Positions 13,160 through 23,968 of a stretch of 64,000 bases of DNA are shown in pieces. The notes below the pieces were generated by a model. The model did not search any database and had not been told where the DNA came from. It saw only the letters and a list, made by a program, of their open reading frames with translations. Position 1 is the first letter of the stretch; every line of letters begins with the position of its first letter. The DNA comes from Hemiscyllium ocellatum. Taxonomy: Eukaryota. The stretch lies in the NCBI RefSeq assembly GCF_020745735.1, contig NW_026867473.1:485730-549729 (forward strand), given 5' to 3'. The position numbers and the translations under genes are program-made.

Positions 13160-13612
13160 CTGACCATGGTGGGAGAGGCATTCAGAGTGATGAATCCTTG
13201 CCTGGTAGTGGCTTCAAGGATAAGTTTGGGGGTGGAGGGGGGATATTGGAGAGATATCTAATTGAAACATAGAAAATACTGAGAGACTGAGGTCGAGTGA
13301 ATGTAAATAGATGTTTTGACTGGTAGGCGAGACTAGGATCCAAGGGCACAGTCTCAGGGTCAAAGGGGCACTGTTTAGAACTGAGATGGGGAGGAATTTC
13401 TTCAGCCAGAGGGTGATGAATCTGTGGAACTTGTTGCTGCAGAGGGCTGTGGAGACCAGGCCATTGTGTATATTCAAGCCAGAGATGGATCGGTTCTTGT
13501 TTATTGTGGGGAGAAGACCATAGAATGGCTTTAGCCCAAACGTCGATTTTCCTGCTCGTCGGATGCTGCCTGACCTGCTGTGCTTTTCCAGCATCATTCT
13601 GATCTAAACTCT
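13160..13612. mobile_element. CR1 3' fragment plus Penelope-like terminal-repeat fragment in the Cmu2-Cmu3 intron
   Basis: gggcacagtctcagggtcaaagggg...ttcttcagccagagggtgatgaatctgtggaac (CR1, +); aacgtcgattttcctgctc...gatgctgcctgacctgctgtgcttttccagca (same family as 5016). Confidence 0.65.
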
Positions 13613-14877
13613 GGATTGGCCGAACAGCCTTATTCTGATCCTCTATCTTATGATGTTGTGCTCTCAAAATGACGTGGTTAAAATATGCAGTGACCCTAAC
13701 TTGAAAATAAATCAAAATGCGTTCAATGCTTCACTCCCTGCTCAGGAATGACCTGTTGGCCTTGGACATTGTACGACATCGATTTTTATCTGGTACTGAG
13801 CTCTTTAATTTCATTCATGGGATCAGACCACAGACCAAGTGGGTATCACATTTGATGAACTGGGATAAACGTGATCTCACTGAGCCTCTTTAAGATGCTC
13901 TCTGTAATTAGTGGATGAGGCAGGAGAATAAATTCTGGTAAGAATGCTACAATAGGGATGAATGAACGAGGAACTCGAGACAGGCTGATTTAGCCTGGTT
14001 TGGGGTGGCGATGTTTACACAGTGGGTAGTGGATGTCTATAAAATTAGTGTACATTTCCATCACGTTTGTAGATTAATTTAAGACTCTTTTGTTTGGTTT
14101 TTTTTCTCCCCTGCTCTATGAAGAAATTAAAAAATGCAGCTTGGTAAATAAAGTGAAAGTACAGACCAGTCATGAACTAACTGAATGGAGGGAAAGACTT
14201 AAGGAGATGGGTGTCCTTCTCGATATCCAATGCTGTACTCAGTGCCTTGTTTTCAGATCTACTCCAAACTCAGCCCACGAGGAACAATGACATAAATTAG
14301 AGAATGACATCACACCAATAACGCAAAGTATTTTTGATCACGTTAAATACAATGAACAGAATTTCCATGGATATTCACTGCTCCTGTAGCACTTTAGAAC
14401 TCTGCAAAGAGAATAATTATTATTTCTTATAATTTGTCCAAAATTTGGGATGTGATTTGGCAGTCAGCGTGACCAGCAGCACTTGCACCTAAGGGTTATG
14501 AACATGGAAATGAACTCATTATATTCAGATTACTCTTGTCACAAGTATCTATAGATGGTCTTAAGTGAGAGACAAACTCTGAAAGAAAGGTAATTCCATG
14601 GGTTACATAATGGTATCTTCGATGATTTTACTTTTTTCACAGCTTTCACTTGTTACAAAGCCAGTGTTCTTTTGGAATAATTACACAGAGTATGTCACAG
14701 GTAATGACAAATGCTTTCACAAATCAAAATACATCAACAAGAGTAAGCATTGTTTCAGCAATGGTTGGAGTTGCCATTTTGAAGGTGGTGTCTTCACCCT
14801 GTGAAGAAGTAATCTGAAGATTAGGTGTTTGTATCATAAAGGGGCATTTTTCATTGACTATGATTTTTGTTTCATAG

Positions 14878-15186
14878 AAGATACCGAGTGCCACCCTCAC
14901 ACCGTTAAAATCCTCCCACCGCCAATCGAACAAGTCTTACTGGAAGCGACGGTGACGTTAACCTGCGTTGTGTCCAATTTTCTTCCTGGAGTCAGCGTGA
15001 CCTGGAAACAAGATAAGAAGCCTCTGAGCTCAGAGATTGCTGACCAGCCTGGACAGAATCCCGACAGCGTGATCAGCAAATTAGACATTTCAACTGAAGC
15101 CTGGCTGAGTGGTGTTACTTTTGAATGTGTGGTGAACCATCAAAATCTACCGACTCCGCTGAGAGACTCCATCCACAAGGAGAAAG
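14878..15186 (+). CDS. IGHM: IgM heavy chain constant exon Cmu3 (CH3)
   Basis: Within ORF 14829-15197: [44 protein letters not shown]...[34 protein letters not shown] acceptor (catag|aag|: exon start 14878 or 14881); donor AAAG|GTGAGC at 15186/15187. Confidence 0.95.
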
Positions 15187-15633
15187 GTGAGCGGTGAGAT
15201 TAAAACACAAAGCATCCCATGTGTAATCCAGATCCAGTTACATCAATGGCAGGCTTTGATCGGGAATGAACAAACACCGTTGGGAGCATTTATGATGCAT
15301 CTGAAGGCAGGATAACTAAGTAGCTGATTAAGAAAAAGATGGACCAAAGGATATTGTATTCTGATTAAATCAGATAAGGTGGGAAGAAACCTGGGTTGTG
15401 ATGTCACCATCAGCAATGACAATTGGACAGAATGCCCTTGTTGTGGGCTGGAAACATGGAGGCAACTTTCACATTAAACTTTACTTTTTTTACTGAACAG
15501 AATGTGTACTCTTTTAGAAAACAAAAGTGAATAAATCCCAAATTAAAAATGGCGTATTTTAATATTGAGTGAAATTGTGATATTGGTTCAGGATGTTTTT
15601 GATTGATTTATATTTGTCTAAAATATTCTGCAG

Positions 15634-16025
15634 TGATTAATCCGCTGGAGCCATCAGTGTCGGTCCTCCTGCCACCAACAGAAGAAATCTCCGCTCAGAG
15701 GTTTCTCTCCCTCACCTGTTTAGTGAGAGGTTTCTCCCCCCGAGAGATCTTCGTCAAGTGGACAAACAATGACAAGCCGGTGAATCCCAGTAACTACAAG
15801 AACACCGAGGTGATGGCAGAGAGTGACAACACTTCCTTCTTCATCTACAGCCTGTTATCCATTACAGCGGAGGAGTGGGCCAGCGGTGCTTCTTACTCCT
15901 GTGTGGTGGGACATGAAGCGATTCCATTGAAGATCATCAACAGAACAGTCGATAAATCCAGCGGTAAACCGAGTTTCGTAAACATTTCACTTGCACTGAT
16001 GGACACTGTTAATTCATGTCAATAA
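15634..16025 (+). CDS. IGHM: IgM Cmu4 plus secretory tailpiece exon
   Basis: Acceptor ctgcag|TG at 15633/15634. Translation [43 protein letters not shown]...[43 protein letters not shown]. The tailpiece has the NIS glycosylation sequon and penultimate Cys characteristic of secreted shark IgM. Internal donor AGCG|GTAAAC at 15963/15964 serves membrane splicing. Confidence 0.97.
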
Positions 16026-16067
16026 AAATCTCAAAGTTGCATTTAATAATTCAACAGAAGTAATAAA
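16021..16067 (+). terminator. Secretory-form polyadenylation signals (two AATAAA)
   Basis: AATAAA 16021-16026 overlaps the CAA TAA end of the CDS. A second AATAAA at 16062-16067 is followed by a GT/T-rich tract (gtttctttttcc). Confidence 0.7.
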
Positions 16068-17199
16068 GTTTCTTTTTCCTCCAGTTGTGAGTTAAATACT
16101 GAATGAGTTGTTTCTCACTCTGACTTACATTCCATCGGTGTAGTTAAAGTGGGTTATTAACAGGTCTAGGACAAGTGTCTTGTGCAGTTAATGTTCTCTG
16201 CTCAGATACACCCTGGGTCAGAGACAGAGTAAAGCTCACTCATTGCAGGATTCCGCCAAGTACCTTATCCATCCTAAATCCCTCTGTGACAAAATCTGAC
16301 AATGTCCATTTTATGTCAAGGGTAGAGCACGAGTTTTGAACTTGGTGTTCTTGATTCCCCTGATTGGACATTCTTATAAAATTCATGTCAGTTTTAAACT
16401 GCCACATTGCACCAATTGGAAATGTAAATTTAAGACACTTTAAAATTAAATTTGATTGGAACATACCAATCGTAAAGAGTGCAGAACAGTTTGAATGTAA
16501 CCTTTGTTTCTGGGGAACTGCCAGGGATCTTGCACCAGTGCATGAGTTGACAGAATGTAGCTTCACTTTCACACCAAAGAGAATCGACAGATAAGTTGTC
16601 GTGGAGCAGAGGGGAGGGGAACGATGAATGGTCTGTCCTCTTGCTCCCTGTGCAGAGTTTTCATGGTAGATGTCCTCTGTAATGTAACCCCGTTACTAAC
16701 AGGAACAGTCAGCTTCTTGCTTACTGTCCAAAGATTTAACATTTCCATGCAAAATAATACCTTTGAAACATGTTGGACATGCTTGGGCTCTGTTAACAAA
16801 TGATTAACATTGATTCCCCTAATCCAAAACTGGTGTTTGCATTGTCCCGGTTTGAATTCCATAGTTTTGTCTCAGTTTTCTGGAGCACATGGGATCAATT
16901 CTGGTATCGAATACCTGATATCATTTTGTTTCACATACAGAACACAAGTAGACATTTTCTAATAAACATATTCAGAAATGTTATCTCTGGGGCAGTGGGG
17001 ATTTGAACTCACGCCTTTTTTCTCAGAGACACAAATTCTATCACTGCAACAGAAGAGTTGCTCATAAAACGCTTATCTCTTCACGACGATGGGAAATGTT
17101 TCCTACAACACCAAGGTCAAATCTAATTATAGGCAATCCATTAAAATTAGAACAATAAATTAGAATAATAAAAATTGCAGTCTGGTGTAAGAACAGATA

Positions 17200-18330
17200 C
17201 AGAGAGATGATCGCAAATACACACGGAATGACACATATATGGGCTCTCACCTAAAGACACATATTGATGTGCACACTCAAATGTGCATACAGATAAGATG
17301 TCACACACGCATACTTGCACAGAGCCACACATGCAAGTGGTACTTTAACACTCACCTAAGCTCATACAAAAACTCACATACACCGAGAGAAAATTATTTG
17401 CACAAATGATCAGGGGTACTCACACATAACTATGAGAAATATAGACACACGGTAACACACAAATGGGCATGAATACATATACATTCATACAGCACAATGC
17501 GTACAGACATACACGCATGAACACACAGATACAAATTCCAAAAAATGTCCTCCCACATGTCAACTCATACAGGCACGTAAGTGCACAGAGATAAACATTA
17601 ATATCACTATTTTCCCATTTTCAGAATCACAAACATACGATGACAGAGGCAGCTTAATTATTTTTAAACCACATTGATCAGTATGTATACAATGTCACAC
17701 GTACACACAAATTCCGAGTCTCACATGCAGACACACAAGTGCATAGATCAATAAATAGAGGGGCGTTTATTAAATAAGGATAATGAGCACAAGCATCAGC
17801 AAGCATCCACAACCACTAACACAAACAAGCTTCTCAGGAGATGGTTTGGGAAAGATTGCCATACAAGCAGACATCATCATATAAATATAAACATCCATCA
17901 AAACATGACGTTGCATGCTAACATTTATTAAGCATAACATGAAAATAACCTAGTTTAGGTAGGACCTGAAACAGACACATAAGCACACATTTTAGATAGC
18001 ACTAATGAAAAGTGAACACTCACAAAGACATTACAAGATAAGCATAGGCAGCAATGAAGTGGCATACTCGCATAATGATGCTTACACAATGTGAAAAGAC
18101 CAAAATTTCGGTGCACAAACACATGAGAACACTAGCAGTAAAGGAACAGGAATATGTTTATTCATGCACAGACTCCAACATGGGCAAGAGTGAAGTAAGA
18201 GGCACTCAACCACATACACAACCATTAAAGGGAAGCCAAACACACCAAGCAGTAGGTCAAATAAATTAAGGGACACATGTACAAAAACTTATTCCTAAAT
18301 ATACAGATCCTACAAACAAAAATGTGAAGC
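17200..18330. repeat. Degenerate CA/ACAC-rich low-complexity tract
   Basis: Dense interrupted acacac/catac/cacat motifs between the secretory poly(A) signals and TM1. Confidence 0.6.
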
Positions 18331-18789
18331 AATGTCCTGACTGTGATGTCACTTATATTCACGATTTGCCAAGCAATTGGTCACTAATACATAAAGGTGA
18401 GAATCACATTTGAACTTTTATTCAGTGATGGCCACAATTTTCAACTAAAGTGCTGTCACAGCCTATATTTAAAATATAATGATATAATTAAAATAATCAT
18501 TCGTAATAAGCATTCCTCAAATAATAATATCCTTAAATAATAGATTAAAAGAAAATTAATTTGAAACATTCTGACATGGACAATGAAGAAAGAACATGTG
18601 CAGTCAGTATTTGTAATTTCTTGCTGAGAGTCAATAATGCACTGATGGATACAGATAAGAGTCACACTTGAGAAATACCTGACTGCTTTGTGAAGATGTA
18701 ATGGTCTCTAATTACATGACTTGGATACACATAGATCGATCTGGATCAATAAACGATCTAAATGCGTTCTCTCGGCTTTATATTCATAG

Positions 18790-18917
18790 ATTCAATAGAT
18801 CGCACTTGGATTGAAGACTATGAGGATGATAACAGCAACATCTGGACAACTGCTTCCACGTTCATCACCTTGTTCTTCCTGAGTATTTTCTACAGCGCTG
18901 CCGTCACTCTGGTGAAG
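18790..18917 (+). CDS. IGHM: IgM membrane exon TM1
   Basis: Acceptor ttcatag|AT at 18789/18790; (D)SIDRTWIEDYEDDNSNIWTTASTFITLFFLSIFYSAAVTLVK contains an acidic spacer and the antigen-receptor TM motif (FLSIFYSAAVTL). Donor AAG|GTGAGA at 18917/18918. Phase matches the Cmu4 internal donor. Confidence 0.95.
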
Positions 18918-19056
18918 GTGAGAATAATCACATCTTTCTCATGCCAAACAGCCCAATATGTTTTGTGAAATCTCTAAGTGTGCCATTGAATAAACATTAA
19001 ATCTGAAAGTCCCTGATCATAAATATCTGTGTCATTGCTTTATCTCTCTTTTCCAG

Positions 19057-19065
19057 GTTAAGTGA
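19057..19065 (+). CDS. IGHM: IgM membrane exon TM2 (VK-stop; completes KVK cytoplasmic tail)
   Basis: Pyrimidine tract tctctcttttccag|GTT AAG TGA, 139 nt after TM1; phase 0 matches the TM1 donor. Confidence 0.92.
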   Translation, partial: VK

Positions 19066-19494
19066 ATGAGTTGTGGACCCCTTTGATTTTCCTGATCTGC
19101 TTATCAAGGTCTCTGAATTCCCAATCTACAATCTGTCCTGTTGCTGACTCTCACAGTGAGATCATTTCAGTTTATCAGTGTGTAACTGAGACAATAATTG
19201 ATGGATTTTCGTTTTTACTTTGATATCTTTGAAATGGTTGTGGTTGGAAGAATTTGTAGCTTCCCTGTTGTTTGAAGCCCATTTGTTTTGTTTTTATTTG
19301 TTCCTTACTCAGAATGGTTGCCTACCCTTTCTGATGAGCCTTTGTATTCCCTTTCTTGTGACTGTTACTGATGTACAGAAAATTCCCACCTCACAGCGCA
19401 TGTGTTCTCGTCTCAATGTGGCACCCAACCATTATATTCACTTCTGTTAGCTTTTACATCAACTTTTTGGATAAAAATGCTTTCTGAAATGGTT

Positions 19495-19500
19495 AATAAA
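19495..19500 (+). terminator. Probable membrane-form poly(A) signal
   Basis: First AATAAA I see downstream of the TM2 stop, about 430 nt after it. Confidence 0.55.
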
Positions 19501-20065
19501 TCTCGAATGAATATGCACTAACCTTGAGTTTGCTTAATTCTTTCTTCAAGGCCAGTCAGTACTCAAACATTTTCCCACATCCTACTCCTTTCCCAGCCAA
19601 ATACTTTCACTTGTTCTGTTTGGTTGTGTTTCATCCAGTCATTTAGTTTAATGTTGCGCTGCCATGCCGCCCACGAATGTAAATGCATCTTTCACACGAT
19701 ATGCCTGATGGAACACTCCAGAGGCAGAATGATTAGAGAACATTTCCTCTTATGCACCAAAGGTCACGGCCTCGGGTCATGTAATGATACAAATGAGGAG
19801 CTTTGCTCCACCAGAAGCCTATAAAAGGCAGGCAAAGGAGTTTGAAAGTTTACTCTACACCGTCTAAACTACATGTACTCCCAATGTCCGGACAGCCTGG
19901 GTTAGTAATGCATAAATCGCCACCTAAAGCGCCCAACGAAGCATTGATCAGCCAAAAATGTCAACGTTCAGTCAGGTAGTCAGACACAACACGTGCACAA
20001 TCCAAGGGCGGATTCTCAGAACTGGAGTTTTTCCTCACACATAAATCTCATGGAGCACTATTCCT

Positions 20066-20789
20066 GGGATCTATTTGACACACCACACCTGTCAAATCCC
20101 AGGGAATGAGACTGGGATCTATCTGATACAGGGATATTACTGAACAGCAACCCTCAAAAATAATAAATCAGAGGTCGATGTTGATCAGGCAAGTCAGAGC
20201 TCATGAGTCCCTGAAATATTCAGCCATTGGGATCTATATGATGCAAGATGGAGTTGGGAACCAATCATAGCAACTGTTCACAGAGTCTGGAAACTATCAG
20301 CAGAGGGGAACATTCTCAATTTCTCAGAGTTGGTGAGGTGCATCATCCCGGGAATAGTGTTGTGAAGCAGTCACGCACCCAATCTCATAATTTTGCCTTT
20401 TGTCAAAAACGTGGCCCCTGAAACTAGATGCAACATTCCAGGTGAGACAAGAGACTGTTTGATTTCAGTCTAACATAATTACTTTGTGTTTGTTCTCTAC
20501 GGTGTTATTGATGAAGTAGGGTTTAGTTGCTCTTCTGTCCACGTATCATGGTACATTCCCTGATTTGTGCACATACACATGGAGGATCCTCTGCTCCTTC
20601 ACCCCCTTTGGGTTTACCCCCTTACTATTGTATGTTCCTCTGAGTTCATCACAAAACAAAGAAGCACGTCACCCCTCCCTGAGACGGAGATCTATCTGAC
20701 ACACCGATATTAATGAATAACAATCCTCAAAAATGATCAATCACAGGTTGATTTCGATCAGAGAAGACAAAGATCAGAAGTTCTGGAAA
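20066..20789 (+). repeat. Diverged ~109-bp direct repeat pair with recurring GGGATCTATnTGA motif
   Basis: 20108-20216 and 20681-20789 align without gaps at about 77% identity by hand count; the motif also occurs at 20066 and 20229. Confidence 0.7.
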
Positions 20790-21289
20790 CCCTGCTGCTT
20801 TCCATGTCCTTTCCCACAACCCCTCTGTCAAACTTGATGCTCTTAGCTGTTCTTCCAATATCCTAACATTTTACCTTAAATTGCTGTTAATATTTTTCTG
20901 TAATTTTGCATGATGGACCAAAGCACAGGTTGAAACAACAAGGACTCCAAACACTGAACTCTGAGAACGTACACAGTAAGGCAGCCTACATTCTGTAACA
21001 GCAAACACCCGTTAACAAATGGTTGGCAAGTACAAAACAGCGGGTGAGACTAACTTGAACTCATCAAAATAAAAGGAAAGTACTCTGGGTGTACAGAGGT
21101 GAAGGCACGACCTGGGCAGACAGAGTGGAGTTCGTTTTTTAAAATTCTTGTTTATATCCAGAATTTTCTTTCCACACAATGTAACCTTTTATTTCCCATC
21201 ACCCAAGTCCCCCACAGTCTCTTTATTTTCTGCTACTAACCATCACCAGTAAATTGAATAATTTATGTTCAAAGCCCCTCCCACCATCA

Positions 21290-22240
21290 AAGATACGGCA
21301 GAAGTAGGAAGAGCTAGAAGGAGATTGGAGTCATTTTTTCTTGTGGTGATCCATTACTGCTATTCTAACACAAGGTATTTCTGAGGGATGGTCCACTGAA
21401 GCTATGTGGATAGAACTCATAAATAAGAAGGGCATGGTTACTTTGATGCAATTGTAATAGTCCCCCCAGTAGTCAGACTGAAATTGAGTAATGAATATGT
21501 GGAGAGATCTTATTTATATGTAAGAATAATAGGATTGCAATAATCGCAAGTTTTAACCTTCCAAACATAAAGTGGGACAGTCATGATCTTAAAAGTTTGG
21601 ATGGTGAGGAATTTGGTAAGTGCTAAAGTCAATTTTCTTCATTAATATGCAGATGTAACTCTCACAGAAAGAGCAAACCTGACCTACTCTTGTGCTATAA
21701 GGCAGGACAAGTGACTGAATGGTTAGTAGGGGAGCTTTTTGGGGCCCGGGTCATATTTCGATTAGTTTAAAATATCTATGGAAAGGATTGGCATTATATA
21801 TAAGCTAAAGTTCTTAATTGAACTAGGGCAAATTTTGATAGTATGAGACAAAAACTTTCAAGAGTTGATTGGAGTAGACTGTTTGCAGCTCAAGGGACGG
21901 CCGGCAAGAGTGAAGCTTTCAGAAGTGAGATAACGAGAGTTCGGAGGTATGATGTTCCTGTTAGTGTGAAGATAAGGCTGGTAAGAGGAGGGAACACTGG
22001 AGGAATAAAGATATTCAGAATGAATAAAGATATTCATTCTTAATCTGGTTCAGATTAAGAATGAATCATATATTAGATATAGATAAGTAAGATTCAGTGA
22101 ATCTCGAAGAGTAAAAGAGGGGCAGGAACATTCTAAAGAGGGAAATGAGGAGGGCAAGAAAGGAAAATGAGATAGCCTTGGCAGATAATGTTCAAGATAA
22201 TCCAAAGAGATTCGACTAGTACATTAAGAGCAAAGGGGTA
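21290..22240 (+). mobile_element. CR1 ORF2 (endonuclease-to-RT linker) fragment
   Basis: Homologous to 32500-33400 (ggtccactgaagctatgtggatagaactc..., gagggcaagaaaggaaaatgagatagccttggcag). Confidence 0.7.
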
Positions 22241-22244
22241 GATC

Positions 22245-22690
22245 ACAGAGTCATAGAGATGTACAACTTGGAAACAGATCTTTCAGTCTCACTTGCCCAT
22301 GCTGACCAGATATCCTAAACTAATCTAGTCCCATTTGCCAGTACTTGGCCCATATCCCTCTAAACCCTTCCTATTCTTATACACAGTCAGATGCCTTTTA
22401 AATGTTGAAATTGCACCAGCCTCCGCCACTTCCTTTGGCAGTTCATTCCATACACACCACCCTCTGCATGAAAAAGTTACTCCTTAGGTACTTTCAACTT
22501 TTTCCCCTCTCACTCTAAACCTAGACTCATGAGTGTAGGTTTAGATGAGACTCCACCCATCTCAGGGAAAAAACCTTGCCTATTCACTGTATCCATGCCT
22601 CTGATGATTTTATAAGCCTTTATAAAGTCACCCCTCAGCTTCCAAAGCTCCAGAGAAATCAACCCCAGCCTATTCAGCCTCTCCCTATAT
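22245..22690 (-). mobile_element. CR1 LINE 3' end (reverse)
   Basis: catagagtcatagagatgtac...ctaatctagtcccatttgccag...cctattcagcctctccctata. Confidence 0.75.
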
Positions 22691-23280
22691 AACTCTACTT
22701 GGCTGTGAATATGTATAAGCCTAGAGGATTGGCTTCATAAATCATGTTGCATTTAATATAAATGTTGTTTTTTTGATTATCATTTAGTTTAAAATGGAGG
22801 ATGGGTGCCTTTTCAATTTATGGTGTATGGAAAGACCTGGAAAATAAACTACAACAAAAAAATGGACAAAAAGTTATTGTACTACAGATAGTGCACCATA
22901 TCATTCGTGTAAAAAATAATTCCCTGTTTTGACCGTGAAGTTAATAGAGTCTATTAATTAGTCCAGTGTTTGTAATAATTTTTATCTATCTGTCATTCTA
23001 CATTTAGTTGTTGTAGTTAATGTGTGGATTACTGCACCTCTCTAAAACTTCAAAACAAAATAAAGTAAAACTGCAAATTAAATATTGCATCTAATTACGA
23101 CAAAAAATTAGCAATACAATGACATGAAATTGGAAAGGAATGTTGAAATGTAGCCAATTCTGAGGACTACAAGAAGTTGCAAGAGATCATTAATTAATTT
23201 ACGGTATGTTCAAATAATTAGCAAATGAAGATCCACACAGATAAAGGTAAGGTATTACATCTTGGTAGGAATAATGTGCA

Positions 23281-23968
23281 AGGCGAAAGTGAGGTCTGCA
23301 GATGCTGGAGTATCAGAGCTGAAAATGTGTCGCTGGAAAAGCGCAGCAGGTCAGGCAGTAACCAAGGAACAGGAAATTCGACATTTCGGGCATAAGCCCT
23401 TCATCAGGAATGAGGAAAGTGTGTCCAGCAGGCTAAGATAAAAGGTAGGGAGGAGGGACTTGGGGGAGGGGTGATGGAGATGTGATGGGTGGAAGGATGT
23501 CAAGGTGAGGGTGATAGGCCGGAATGGGGTGGGGGCGGAGAGGTTAGGAAGAAGATTGCAGGTTAGGAAGGGGGTGCTGAGTTCGAGGGATTCGACTGAG
23601 ACAAAGTGGGGGGAGGGAAAATGAGGAAACTGGAGAAATCTGAGTTCATCCCTTGTGGTTGGAGGGTTCCCAGGCGGAAAATGAGGTGCTCTTCCTCCAA
23701 CCGTCGTGTTGTTATGGTCTGGCGATGGAGGAGTCCAAGAACCTGCATGTCCTTGGTGGAGTGGGAGGGGGAGTTAAAGTGTTGAGCCACGGGGTGGTTG
23801 GGTTGGTTGGTCCGGTGTCCCAGAGGTGTTCTCTGAAATGTTCCGCAAGTAGGTGGCCCGTCTCCCCAATATAGAGGAGGCCATATCGGGTGCAGCGGAT
23901 GCAATAGATGATGTGTGTGGAGGTGCAGGTGAATTTGTGGTGGATATGGAAGGATCCCTTGGGGCCTT
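23281..23968 (-). mobile_element. Truncated Penelope-like element with GIY-YIG endonuclease C-terminus and terminal repeat
   Basis: ORFs 23712-23987 and 23563-23904 (minus): IIYCIRCTRYGLLYIGETGHLLAEHFREHL...PVAQHFNSPSHS.KDMQVLGLL. 13-bp TSD GGAATAATGTGCA (23268-23280, 23969-23981). Hammerhead core at 23380-23407 (minus). Confidence 0.85.

Noticed and set aside
9171-16025. Identity as IgNAR, IgW or the three-domain IgM1gj
   Set aside because: Four C domains including a CH1 and a CH2 are present. The tail [20 protein letters not shown] and the TM1/KVK exons are of the mu type; as I recall, IgNAR ends differently (GKPSSVNVSVVLSDT...).
16985-17070. tRNA-Leu-like relic on the minus strand
   Set aside because: Only a T-arm-like piece (GGCGTGAGTTCAAATCCC) is recognisable; no cloverleaf can be built.
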